This document shows, piece after piece, positions 43,901-52,173 of a stretch of DNA of 64,000 bases (within the stretch, counting starts at the first letter, position 1; each line of letters begins with the position of its first letter). The stretch comes from a virus. The stretch is from positions 5,500 through 69,499 of IMG/VR virus record IMGVR_UViG_3300018877_000004. One strand, given 5' to 3'. The notes under the pieces were generated by a model. The model was not told the origin of the DNA, searched no databases, and worked only from the letters and a program-made list of their open reading frames with translations. Position numbers and translations under genes: made by a program.

Positions 43901-45939
43901 TATCCTGGTAGTGCTTTTGGTTCTGCTAGCCCCGGCAAGGCTTTCGGATCAGCGCGTCCGGGCAGTAATCCGGCAGCGTTACGGGCAGCAAGAACCTTTT
44001 GCGCGATCGCAGGGGGAAGCAATCGAATCTCGTCAGCACTCAGCAACAGCAGTTGCGGGATCAGTTCGTCAATCTGCCGTGCTAGTACATCGTCGTCAAT
44101 GGTTCGCTCGGTCTTGACAGGTTCAGCCGCTTCGCTCGATCGTTCTTTGCGTGGAATGTCTGTCTTCAGAAATTCTTTGATCGTGGCGACGAATTCCTCA
44201 TCAGGCAAGTACTGCTCTAATGAGTGGTTTTTGACATTGGCAAGTGGAACGCGATTGAGGGCGCTAAGCTGTGCCCACGGATCACCTGTGCCAGCGATCG
44301 TGATGCCCTGCTCTGGCGACATTTCATTGAAGCCGAAATAAGGCGACCCGATCGCAATCACCTTGGCAGTGATGCCCATCTCCTTAAGGATCTCTGCTGC
44401 CTCGAATGCCGTTGCACCGCCCGCGCTGTAGCCGATGATGTTGATCGGCTTGTCAGGATACTTTTGATGAAAAGCATAGGCTTGCGCTGCAACCCTCACG
44501 GATGCCATGTTGCGCCCTTCAACGATCGCAGTCGAAAGGAACTTCGAGAAGATCTGGCTTACCTTGCGAGGTGTGGGCGCACCGCCCGGATCTTCTACAT
44601 CGAATTCGGGAGTGCGTACCCCAATGACGCGATGCTTGGGCAATACGACTTTTTGAAAGTAGTTCGCTAGATAAATGCCTTGCCCGCCCTGCTCACCTGA
44701 AAAACCACCCACGACAAACGTCACCTGCTCATCGTTTTCGCTGGGGTCAGCTTCTACCCCTTTGCGAAACTTTTGCGACAGTTCTTGCGCCATTGTTGCC
44801 GATCGCTTAAACCCTTTGCGATAGCGCGATCGGGCGAGATAGTAGCTGCCGACTGTCGTACCTGCGACCGCTGCCCCAACCGTGAGCGCAATTAGTAGAT
44901 CGTTGTTGACCTGCTCTTGTGGAGTCTGCCGACGCGATCGATCTGTGAGCAGTTGCGCTGCTAGTTTTCCGACTGCCCATTGTTCGCCCTTAACCTGCAC
45001 TGAGCGATCGAGGTAGCCATCGACAGGCGTCCAAACTGGCTTAGGTGGCGAGATATTTGCAGCACGTTCAAAGGGCGCAACATTGCCAGCGGATTGATCT
45101 GTTGTTGTCGCTTTGACTTTTTCAGCGTGTTGCTTAACCCACTCGTTCGCTTTAGGGTCAGACGCCTCCTGTTCAAGGAAGTATGGCGAATTAAAACAAC
45201 GATCGCGCGGATGAATTACAGCAGGCGCAGCATCCACTGGGTAAACGTTGCCAGCACGATCGGCGCAGAATTTGCAGACCCTACGATCTTGCGTGGCGAT
45301 TCTTTGGACATATTGAATCCCGTATTCCTTGTATCTCGATCGAGTGGCTGAGTCTTGCGCCGAAATGATCTCAGTTCGTGCGATCGTCTCTGCTTTGCCT
45401 TTTGTTACACCTAGTCGCTGCCGCAGAAATCCAGCAACTTTTTGCGCCCCCTGCCCTTGAATTAGACCCTGAGTGATAATTACTGACGCTTCTTCACGGA
45501 AGGTCTGATCGTGCTTCTTGAGGCGATCTACTGCATCCCTAGCCGCAAATGCAGCAGCTTCGATCGGTACAGTTGCAGTTGCCTTGATAAAGCTGTCGCC
45601 CTGCTCAAGTGCTACCAACTCATCGCCTAGCGTCGTCCCCTCTTTCGAGGCAGTTGATAGCAACTTTTCATAGCGATCGCGCAACTCCTGCTCACGATCG
45701 GGGTCAATTAATATCAGTTGCGCTTGCAGATCGTTGACCAGAAGAACGCCTCGCTGAGTCGCTAGCAAGTCTGGTTTTGATTTTGCGGTGTAGTTCGGAT
45801 ACCTGCGCAATAAATCAGCTTCGAGCCGTCGATAGGAAGCGTCTAGGGCTGCATAAAGTCGATCGACTTCCGCATCTTCCATGTCTTGAAGAGTGCGATC
45901 GGTTCTTTCGATTAATTGTGCTGCCGCTTCGCCGCTCAC
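40987..45939 (-). CDS. Giant MuF / SPP1 gp7-like minor head protein with alpha/beta-hydrolase, zincin-like and coiled-coil extensions
   Basis: AETIARTE...D.RVCKFC...HPRDRC (MuF); TM segment; INIIGYSAGG nucleophile elbow; DFAESV; long coiled coil. Confidence 0.85.
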   Translation of the reverse strand: MSGEAAAQLIERTDRTLQDMEDAEVDRLYAALDASYRRLEADLLRRYPNYTAKSKPDLLATQRGVLLVNDLQAQLILIDPDREQELRDRYEKLLSTASKEGTTLGDELVALEQGDSFIKATATVPIEAAAFAARDAVDRLKKHDQTFREEASVIITQGLIQGQGAQKVAGFLRQRLGVTKGKAETIARTEIISAQDSATRSRYKEYGIQYVQRIATQDRRVCKFCADRAGNVYPVDAAPAVIHPRDRCFNSPYFLEQEASDPKANEWVKQHAEKVKATTTDQSAGNVAPFERAANISPPKPVWTPVDGYLDRSVQVKGEQWAVGKLAAQLLTDRSRRQTPQEQVNNDLLIALTVGAAVAGTTVGSYYLARSRYRKGFKRSATMAQELSQKFRKGVEADPSENDEQVTFVVGGFSGEQGGQGIYLANYFQKVVLPKHRVIGVRTPEFDVEDPGGAPTPRKVSQIFSKFLSTAIVEGRNMASVRVAAQAYAFHQKYPDKPINIIGYSAGGATAFEAAEILKEMGITAKVIAIGSPYFGFNEMSPEQGITIAGTGDPWAQLSALNRVPLANVKNHSLEQYLPDEEFVATIKEFLKTDIPRKERSSEAAEPVKTERTIDDDVLARQIDELIPQLLLLSADEIRLLPPAIAQKVLAARNAAGLLPGRADPKALPGLAEPKALPGYEPLLALPEAQPVKGLLRGELPRLALPAGVELAPLTPVERQALETKIARNLYKQARSIDRGASRLAEFRLRQAIDEIKRQDMPAQAKGAAYRKAVFEQLQGTIETAEATPPGAKDAEQFDRFRFKGVDWYVPKLGENSPTLDLLRKVAELDLPENALGSGDIYITRQRNASEQYWRKKLKLNTPKVNGMVTFDEGAIVLYGGRAKIDDLLLQAGYLRAYQQFGQLTPPERSEYARAMQETRMAYQNRPDRDFAESVKEFFLNPDYLKKFAPARYEAIARIFDYRHPRKGVLQPQSAEPQQPDTRSPQIVENLRSANATLADRIRTQREQANELATAQRSTKKIQQALDRVDLPRTAVQQEQASQEIRIQEEAINRVEAQIEAIEQRAAQLLNPLNPPYFSTVPQQIRAAKAQLKQASKQLQAIENIEQTAMKLRTNSAELQRTLNDLSTRRESLQTEGERRDVERSITGLKQDLEAAEKELLDLPRSSEKSQALRDLQRLRAAVNSQSTGVGVTDLHRQDLEPRIRQVSQAAESLEILTARLDSSRDKLDDLLQRLNGLPTKTQDLTTEQRDRYSAIRRTRNAQGKLPQRVEQYRQLRAELSSQLAVRANTTQQLSDNYSTQRQSAINNLQAIVSRDVETVRTNLQILASLRPGSVAWLLDSRNWEEGAMPSDLAIVLERQPGKTPNERLQSAANEVAKLVGQVNGRIQSIQKQLDYPDQLAQATTAQAAAQIAQWQQLRDELADEGRLSDRQIQQLLKTPERIRAIDVARSGNQLIEDLAEFNQDFANLLLTDENVDPRQIIDQSELYRRARDGFAEETAQTKAAIAREIEDALAIATALQQRSERDQGAALIYEVDGRALSVTDLRSQLEQYNQQLREFLQIPQIDVAARVTAEEDDRLRRRQGEVDRAQAQIARLAALQGELSEVNLEIQKRIEARERGQKRGIAVDRLEARRRRILKDIENAGNPNG

Positions 45940-46015
45940 TCTTTACCCTAAAAACGCTAAACGAATGGACATCTTGAGTACAAAACGCTACATTTAGCGA
46001 AACTCATTAGTACTT

Positions 46016-46723
46016 TTGATCGTGCCCTCAGTCGCAATTGCCGCCGCTTCGATGCGATCTGCTTCCTCTGTTCGGTCAAGCATTCCTATTGCAAAACTGC
46101 TGAATCGTCACCGCCCGCTTGCATTGAAAATTGCGAGGCGAATGCAGTCGCTTTGTGGTGAACCACTAGAAGACCTAGAGCAACTTGCACTAGTTGGATT
46201 GACCAAAGCCCTTAAGGGATACGATCCGACTTTAGGGCTTAAATTTAGTTCGTTTGCTGTGCCCAGCATTCGCGGAGAAATCATGCATTTTCTGCGCGAT
46301 CATGGGGAGTTAATGAAAGTGCCGCGCCGTGCCCGTGAAACTGCGGCAAGCGTAAAAAAACAGCATCGCCAACTTGTTTCGCAGGGGCTTGATTTTCCGA
46401 TCGTTAAAGTTGCGGCGGCGATGGGGATTAAAGAGGAAGTGTGGAAGTGGCTAGAGGAGGCAACCGCTAGCAAGTCGATCGCCCCACTTGATGAGGAGTG
46501 GCAGCAGTCCGCAGAACCGCAATTTTCAGAAGATCCTGAGCATCAACCCTTGCAAGAAGCGATCGCACGCCTTCCTTTTTTGCAGTACGAAGTCACGATC
46601 GATCGCTATTACTTGGGAATGTCTGATCAGCAGATAGCAACCCACCATGACTTGAGCTTGTCCGAATTAAAGTGCTGTGAGTCTGCCGCCCTAAACGCCC
46701 TCAGAACTGCCCTGGAGTCCTAA
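46016..46723 (+). CDS. Alternative sigma factor, SigF/SigB/FliA-like (cyanobacterial group 3); start may be ATG 46052
   Basis: EPLEDLEQLALVGL.KA...YDP..G.KFSSFAVPSIRGEIMHFLRDH...KVPRR; region 4 HTH. Confidence 0.9.
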   Translation: MIVPSVAIAAASMRSASSVRSSIPIAKLLNRHRPLALKIARRMQSLCGEPLEDLEQLALVGLTKALKGYDPTLGLKFSSFAVPSIRGEIMHFLRDHGELMKVPRRARETAASVKKQHRQLVSQGLDFPIVKVAAAMGIKEEVWKWLEEATASKSIAPLDEEWQQSAEPQFSEDPEHQPLQEAIARLPFLQYEVTIDRYYLGMSDQQIATHHDLSLSELKCCESAALNALRTALES

Positions 46724-46725
46724 CT

Positions 46726-47580
46726 GTGATAGAAGTTGTCGAAACATCGGTACTCAAATCTGAATTGACTGATGAAGAAAAAATCAAGCTCTGGCATTAC
46801 GAGGTTGCAATCGAGGCGGGTTTTGATGAAGCCGATCGCGGGTTGAGCAAAGCTTGGCGGGCATTTCAGATGATTCGAGACAACCGACTCTACCGGGAAA
46901 ATTACGCCACATTTGAGGAGTACTGCCAAGAGCGGTGGGACAAAGGCAGGCGCTATGTCAATCAGCTTATTAACGCTGGAGAAACCCAAGACTATCTTCG
47001 CAGTTTGGGAGCCACGGCTCCCAGAAATGAGCGGCAATTGCGCCCGCTCACCTCTCTAACTCGTGACCAACAACAGGCAGCAGTTGAAGCAGTTGATGCG
47101 CTGGTTGAAGGTGGGACACTCAACACGCCGATCGCTGAGGACTATAAGCGGGCAGCAGAAGCAGCGCGATCGCCTCAGCGGGAATTTGCAGCAGGCCAGA
47201 CGCTCTATGTAATCGATCGATCTCATCTGCTGTTTAATCGGGCAGGTCAAGTGGTCGAGCGATCGGGCTTGGCGATTCAGCTTGCCTTTGATAATCCGGA
47301 GTCGAAAGCGTGGCTACTGATCAATCAGGTGGGGACGCAGCTACAGGCTCAAAACCTCAACCCGATCGAGAGCAAGACGGTTGAACCTCCGACAAAGCAG
47401 CAGACAGTCGATCGAGTGGAAGGTCTGGAATCTGCAAATCGTGTAGCACAAATGCGAACTCGACTACTTACTGATTACTTAAGGGAGGGCGTTGAGCTTG
47501 CTCAAGGGTTCGTTGCTGGAGAGTGCGACTATGATCGGGCGCGATCGTTTATTACTGAAGCTAGTAAGGTGCTGGGGTAA
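46726..47580 (+). CDS. Conserved cyanobacterial/phage HTH-like protein with a KOW-like C-terminal part
   Basis: IRDNRLYRENYATFEEYCQERW...NERQLRPL motif. Confidence 0.65.
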   Translation: MIEVVETSVLKSELTDEEKIKLWHYEVAIEAGFDEADRGLSKAWRAFQMIRDNRLYRENYATFEEYCQERWDKGRRYVNQLINAGETQDYLRSLGATAPRNERQLRPLTSLTRDQQQAAVEAVDALVEGGTLNTPIAEDYKRAAEAARSPQREFAAGQTLYVIDRSHLLFNRAGQVVERSGLAIQLAFDNPESKAWLLINQVGTQLQAQNLNPIESKTVEPPTKQQTVDRVEGLESANRVAQMRTRLLTDYLREGVELAQGFVAGECDYDRARSFITEASKVLG

Positions 47581-47582
47581 AT

Positions 47583-47909
47583 ATGACAGACCCGATCGAT
47601 TCCCTGAGTACCGAAAAATGGTTCATGGCTAAGACAACCTGCCAAGCCTGCCAGAATCGGCAGGTAATGTTTTACCCCCTTGATTTTGACATTTTGCTTG
47701 AATGCAGCGCTTGCGGTGAGCAACAGGCTTTACCCGATGTCAATTGGCGTGTTTTGGTCTCATTCCATCAGTTGGGCGATTCGTTTTGGTTCTCCTTGCC
47801 GCCCGATGAAAGCGACCCTATAGGCGAAGTGATAGGTCCAACGGCCAATGACATTCATGAGGCGGCAGGTTTATTTATACAGCGGGTGAGGGATTTGAAG
47901 AAATCATGA
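47583..47909 (+). CDS. Zn-ribbon protein, paralogue A
   Basis: CQAC...CSACG. Confidence 0.7.
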   Translation: MTDPIDSLSTEKWFMAKTTCQACQNRQVMFYPLDFDILLECSACGEQQALPDVNWRVLVSFHQLGDSFWFSLPPDESDPIGEVIGPTANDIHEAAGLFIQRVRDLKKS

Positions 47910-48235
47910 CGGAATCGATCGCCCCTCTAAACACCGAAAAATGGCTGATGGGTGAAACGGCTTGTCAGGCTTGCCAGCACGTCGAGTTGGCATTCTACCC
48001 TTTCGATTTACACAATCCCATTATTGGTTTACTTGAGTGCGGTGCTTGTGGTCAGCGTCAAGCAGTCCCCGACATCGATCGCCGTGTTCTAGTTCTGCTG
48101 TATCGATCGGGCGATTCCTTTTGGTTTTCTATGCCGCGTGACGAAGGCGACGATATTGACGAAGTGGTAGGCACAGCGGCAAGTGATATTAATGCCGCAG
48201 CGGGTCTGTTTTTAGCTCAGATGAGGAAGTCGTGA
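47906..48235 (+). CDS. Zn-ribbon protein, paralogue B
   Basis: CQAC...CGACG; highly similar to paralogue A. Confidence 0.7.
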   Translation: MTESIAPLNTEKWLMGETACQACQHVELAFYPFDLHNPIIGLLECGACGQRQAVPDIDRRVLVLLYRSGDSFWFSMPRDEGDDIDEVVGTAASDINAAAGLFLAQMRKS

Positions 48236-48238
48236 CGC

Positions 48239-48673
48239 ATGATTAATCTTGTGCTTGATCACGATCAAGGCTACAAGCCGAACAAGGCAATTTATTTTCA
48301 AGAGTATCGAGACTTTATGCTGCCGATGCTGCCAGAGGGCAGGTGGCATCTAATGCGCCATGTCGGAAGCAGCAAGGATCGATCGTTTTGGGGTACGCCT
48401 GAAGGCAAAGCATTTCCGCGCTGGATGACCTACGAAATTCTGCTCTATCACACTTGGAAAGATTTTGATTTGAATTTTAACCCTGTACACAACCGTGCTT
48501 TTACATGGGCGGGCGATTGGGATGAGACTGATCCGCCTGGGTGGTTGCAGTGGCGCGATCGAGAGGGTTTGCCAATTCTGCTATTTGATCCTGAGCATCC
48601 ACAGAAGGAAGCCTACAGGCAATGGGAACCGATCTGGAGACGACGCAAGCAACGTGCAATGGCAGCGAGTTAG
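48239..48673 (+). CDS. Trp-rich hypothetical protein
   Basis: 144-aa ORF in the operon. Confidence 0.6.
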   Translation: MINLVLDHDQGYKPNKAIYFQEYRDFMLPMLPEGRWHLMRHVGSSKDRSFWGTPEGKAFPRWMTYEILLYHTWKDFDLNFNPVHNRAFTWAGDWDETDPPGWLQWRDREGLPILLFDPEHPQKEAYRQWEPIWRRRKQRAMAAS

Positions 48674-48681
48674 CGGGGCGA

Positions 48682-48689
48682 TCGGGAAT
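48682..48689 (+). promoter_or_regulatory. Late promoter motif TCGGGAAT
   Basis: 31 nt before terS. Confidence 0.5.
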
Positions 48690-48719
48690 CTTCACAACAG
48701 ATAGCACCTGTTTGGACGA

Positions 48720-49229
48720 ATGGCACGAACTGCGATCGATTGGGAGTATTTGCGGCATAAGTACGTGAGTGGTGATGATTCGGTGACGTTTGCGTATCTT
48801 GCAAGTCAACCAAATGCACCAAAGGTCAACACTATCAAAAAGCGCTCTATGGTTGAGTCCTGGGTTGAGCAGCGCAAAGTTTTTAGGAACCAATCAGCAA
48901 CCAGAGTTGCCGAAAGTGCAGTTGCTCAAAGTGCGATCGCGCAAACCCAGCAATTGATCGATGCTGCTGAGGTGATTACCCGTCACTTGCAGATGGCTAA
49001 AGCATTGCACTCCCTTGCCGCCCGTCGCCTGCGTGACTTTAGACCGGAAGAACTAAACGCGAAAGATCTAGTCTCTTGGGTGAACGCTGCAACTAACATC
49101 GAGCGCTTGGCAATGGGGCTTAGCACCGATCGCAAAGAAGTAAACGTCAGCATTGACCTTGCCACGCTCAGCGATGAAGAACTCGAAGCGATCGCCAGTG
49201 GCGTCGAACCCGGCAACATCCTTAACTAG
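48720..49229 (+). CDS. terS: Terminase small subunit
   Basis: IDWEYLRHKYV HTH start; DLATLSDEELEAI tail; directly upstream of terL. Confidence 0.8.
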   Translation: MARTAIDWEYLRHKYVSGDDSVTFAYLASQPNAPKVNTIKKRSMVESWVEQRKVFRNQSATRVAESAVAQSAIAQTQQLIDAAEVITRHLQMAKALHSLAARRLRDFRPEELNAKDLVSWVNAATNIERLAMGLSTDRKEVNVSIDLATLSDEELEAIASGVEPGNILN

Positions 49230-50541
49230 CCTGCAACTGAGGGCAAAGGCTGAGCAGGAGAGAAGAAGGCGATCGCTCGTTCGCAACCTTGATCAAATTG
49301 CTGCCGTTCCTGACTGGGCAAAGCCTCTACTTGAAAAGTCACGTTACAAAGGTGCATACGGTGGGCGATCGGGCGGCAAGTCTCATTTCTTTGGCGAGCA
49401 GATTGTCAAACGGTTTATCGAAAACCCTGATCTACGGATTGTCTGCATTCGGGAGATTCAGAAGTCTCTCAAGTATTCTGCCAAAAGCCTGATTGAAGAC
49501 AAGATCAGATCCTTTGGCGTCAAGCATCTAGTCCGCGAAATGGTGGGAGAGGTGCGATCGACGCAGGGCGACGGCTTCATCATCTTCCAGGGGATGCAAG
49601 ACCACACCGCAGACTCTGTGAAGGGTCTAGAAGGGATTGATATCGTTTGGGCGGAAGAAGCGCAGAACCTCAGTCAGCGATCGATCGATCTACTGCTGCC
49701 AACTATCCGCAAACCCGGATCTGAAATCTGGTTTAGCTGGAACCCTGATCAGCCTGAGAACCCTGTCGATCGCTTCTTCAGGGGTGAGTCAGGGCTTCCC
49801 GATGGGGCGATTCTGGTCAATGTCAACTATACCGATAATCCATTTATCAGCGAGGAAGCGATCGCGCTTGCCAACACCGCCCGCAAACAGGATATGCAGG
49901 CGTATTTGCATATCTGGATGGGGCATTACAACGTTAAGTCAGACGCTCAGATTCTTAACGGCAAATGGTTCGTTGATGAATTCAGTCCCTATGAGATTAT
50001 TGGCGAAACTGTACAGGTTAAGGCGGGTTGGGATGGCCCTTACCTTGGCGCAGACTTTGGATTTGCTCAAGATCCGACCGTACTGATCAAAATGTGGATA
50101 CACGATCGCTGTCTCTACATTGAGCGCGAATCGTATGCCGTGGGTTTGGAGCTTGACCACACAGCCGATCGCTGGAAGCTGGACATTCCCGACTGTCATC
50201 TCTACACAGTTAGAGCAGATAGCGCCCGCCCTGAATCCATCTCTTATCTGAAGCGGCACGGCATCCCCAAGATTACTGGTGTTAGCAAAGGTGCGGGGTC
50301 TGTTGAGGATGGAATCGCCCATCTACGCAGCTACAACAAAATAATTATCCATCCTCGCTGCAAGCACACAATCGAAGAAGCGCGACTCTATTCCTACAAG
50401 GTCGATCGACTGACAGGCGACGTGCTGCCGATCGTTGTCGACGCTCACAATCATTTGATCGACTCCGCTCGCTATGGGCTAGAACCCTTGATTCGCAACA
50501 CTTCTACCGCTATACGCAGATCAGGAATTCAACTCTACTAA
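49198..50541 (+). CDS. terL: Terminase large subunit, PBSX family
   Basis: YGGRSGGKSH, WAEEAQ, SWNP, GADFGFAQDP and NHLIDSARY motifs; GTG at 49198 is the likely start. Confidence 0.95.
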   Translation: MASNPATSLTSLQLRAKAEQERRRRSLVRNLDQIAAVPDWAKPLLEKSRYKGAYGGRSGGKSHFFGEQIVKRFIENPDLRIVCIREIQKSLKYSAKSLIEDKIRSFGVKHLVREMVGEVRSTQGDGFIIFQGMQDHTADSVKGLEGIDIVWAEEAQNLSQRSIDLLLPTIRKPGSEIWFSWNPDQPENPVDRFFRGESGLPDGAILVNVNYTDNPFISEEAIALANTARKQDMQAYLHIWMGHYNVKSDAQILNGKWFVDEFSPYEIIGETVQVKAGWDGPYLGADFGFAQDPTVLIKMWIHDRCLYIERESYAVGLELDHTADRWKLDIPDCHLYTVRADSARPESISYLKRHGIPKITGVSKGAGSVEDGIAHLRSYNKIIIHPRCKHTIEEARLYSYKVDRLTGDVLPIVVDAHNHLIDSARYGLEPLIRNTSTAIRRSGIQLY

Positions 50542-50545
50542 CTCA

Positions 50546-50553
50546 GTAGGAAC
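50546..50553 (+). promoter_or_regulatory. Late promoter motif GTAGGAAC
   Basis: 27 nt before the portal gene. Confidence 0.65.
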
Positions 50554-50579
50554 GCTCACAACAGCGATCGCCCCTGCTG

Positions 50580-52157
50580 ATGACCTATAGCTATATTGAC
50601 GAGCGAACAAAGCGGACTCCGCTACCTGACGCCAAGACAGCGCCTTTGCCCTCGACGCATGGGGTAGGTGCGCCTTGCAATGCTTATGAGCAGATGCAGG
50701 GTTGGTGGGATGTAATCGAATCGGTAAAAGCTGGCACTCCTGGTATTCGCAAGGGCGGCAAATCATTTCTACCGATCGAGCCTTTTGAGCGAGAAGACGC
50801 CTACGGACGCAGGCTAGGGCGATCGTGCTTTGCGCCTTGGTACGTGCGCTTAGTTCGTGGCGTGGTCGGCATGGTGCTACGCAAGCCGATCGCACTCCAG
50901 GACGTTGTTCCTGCGATCGAGTCTCACCTCGACAACATTAACCTGCTAGGAGACGACCTCAACTCATTTGCGCGTGAGGTATTTGAGGCAGCGATCGATT
51001 TTGGTTATACCGGGATCTTTGTGAATTATCCCAAGGTTGAAGAGGGAGACGTTCGCACTCGTGCCGATGAGGTGGAAAGAGGCTATCGCCCTTACTGGGT
51101 GCATTACACTGCACCTGAGATTATTGGATGGCGTTACAGCACGATCGGCAATCGACGCGTATTTACTCAGCTACGCATCCGCGAAAACTCGATCGAGCCT
51201 ATGGGTGAGTTTGGAGAAGCAGAAGTCGAGCGGATTAAAGTCTATGACCTGTATGAGGGTCGCTGTCGTTATCGACTCTTTCAGGAGATCGACGGCAACT
51301 GGATGCAGGTGGGGGACGATGGTTTTCTATCACTGCCTTATATTCCATTTACCTTTATCTATACGGACAAGAAGCGAGAATCAGTCACCCGTCCGCCGAT
51401 GCTGGAGGTCGCCTATCTCAACATCAACCATTTTCAATTGTCGTCTGATCTCAACCATAGTTTGCACATCACTGCTCATCCTAAGCTTGTTCTGTACGGC
51501 TACAACACCGATCAAGGTGATGTGGTTGTGGGTGCAGATGAGGCACTGGTATTTGACAACCCAGATGGACGCGCAGAGTGGATTGCACCGCCCCCAACCT
51601 CGTTTGATGGCCTCAACAGCCGCATTGACAAGCTAGAGCAGCAGATGGCAATGCTAGGACTGTCTACGCTGGTTGGTCAGAAGAATGTAGGTGAGTCGGC
51701 AGAGGCGAAAAAGCTCGATCGAGTGCAGGGTGACAGCATCATGAGCGTTATTGCTCAAGGGTTGCAAGATGCGTTCGATCTTTGTCTAGAGTTCCACGCT
51801 GCCTACATGAACCAGCCAGCAGGCACTTGTCAGGTCAATCGCGACTTTGACGTGGCAGAGTTGACGCCACAAGCGATCGATGCCTTTAGCCGTTTGCACA
51901 GCGCCAGTCAGATCAGCCTAGAAACACTGCTAACGCTGCTGAAAAAAGGCGAAATATTTGACGATGAGTTTGACATTGAAGAAGAGATCGCCAAGTTGGA
52001 GTCTGAATTCAAACGACAGGCTGCGCCCGTGCCAAGTGACACTAATACGGTCGATGTGAATGCGATTCCACTTAGCCAACGGCAGTTGATTCAGCAAGAG
52101 GATTCGATCGCAAATCTGGAGCAAATGAATGGTAGGAACCCTGCGGGCGAAGTATAA
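50580..52157 (+). CDS. Portal protein (DUF4055-like)
   Basis: After terL; YGRRL, NINHFQLSSD and ESAEAK motifs. Confidence 0.88.
   Translation: MTYSYIDERTKRTPLPDAKTAPLPSTHGVGAPCNAYEQMQGWWDVIESVKAGTPGIRKGGKSFLPIEPFEREDAYGRRLGRSCFAPWYVRLVRGVVGMVLRKPIALQDVVPAIESHLDNINLLGDDLNSFAREVFEAAIDFGYTGIFVNYPKVEEGDVRTRADEVERGYRPYWVHYTAPEIIGWRYSTIGNRRVFTQLRIRENSIEPMGEFGEAEVERIKVYDLYEGRCRYRLFQEIDGNWMQVGDDGFLSLPYIPFTFIYTDKKRESVTRPPMLEVAYLNINHFQLSSDLNHSLHITAHPKLVLYGYNTDQGDVVVGADEALVFDNPDGRAEWIAPPPTSFDGLNSRIDKLEQQMAMLGLSTLVGQKNVGESAEAKKLDRVQGDSIMSVIAQGLQDAFDLCLEFHAAYMNQPAGTCQVNRDFDVAELTPQAIDAFSRLHSASQISLETLLTLLKKGEIFDDEFDIEEEIAKLESEFKRQAAPVPSDTNTVDVNAIPLSQRQLIQQEDSIANLEQMNGRNPAGEV
52132..52139 (+). promoter_or_regulatory. 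Late promoter motif GTAGGAAC
   Basis: 35 nt before the scaffold ATG at 52174. Confidence 0.6.
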
Positions 52158-52173
52158 GGGCTATGCCCGCCCA

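Noticed and set aside
32732-45351. Numerous 60-165 aa alternative-frame and antisense ORFs inside the tape measure and MuF genes
   Set aside because: They are shadow ORFs of long coding sequences, with no RBS or motif support.
49153-49197. Track start of terL at 49153
   Set aside because: It overlaps terS extensively. The in-frame GTG at 49198 is more plausible.
52129-52173. Track start of the scaffold gene at 52129
   Set aside because: It overlaps the portal gene and the late promoter motif. ATG 52174 or 52183 fits the ~30-40 nt spacing.
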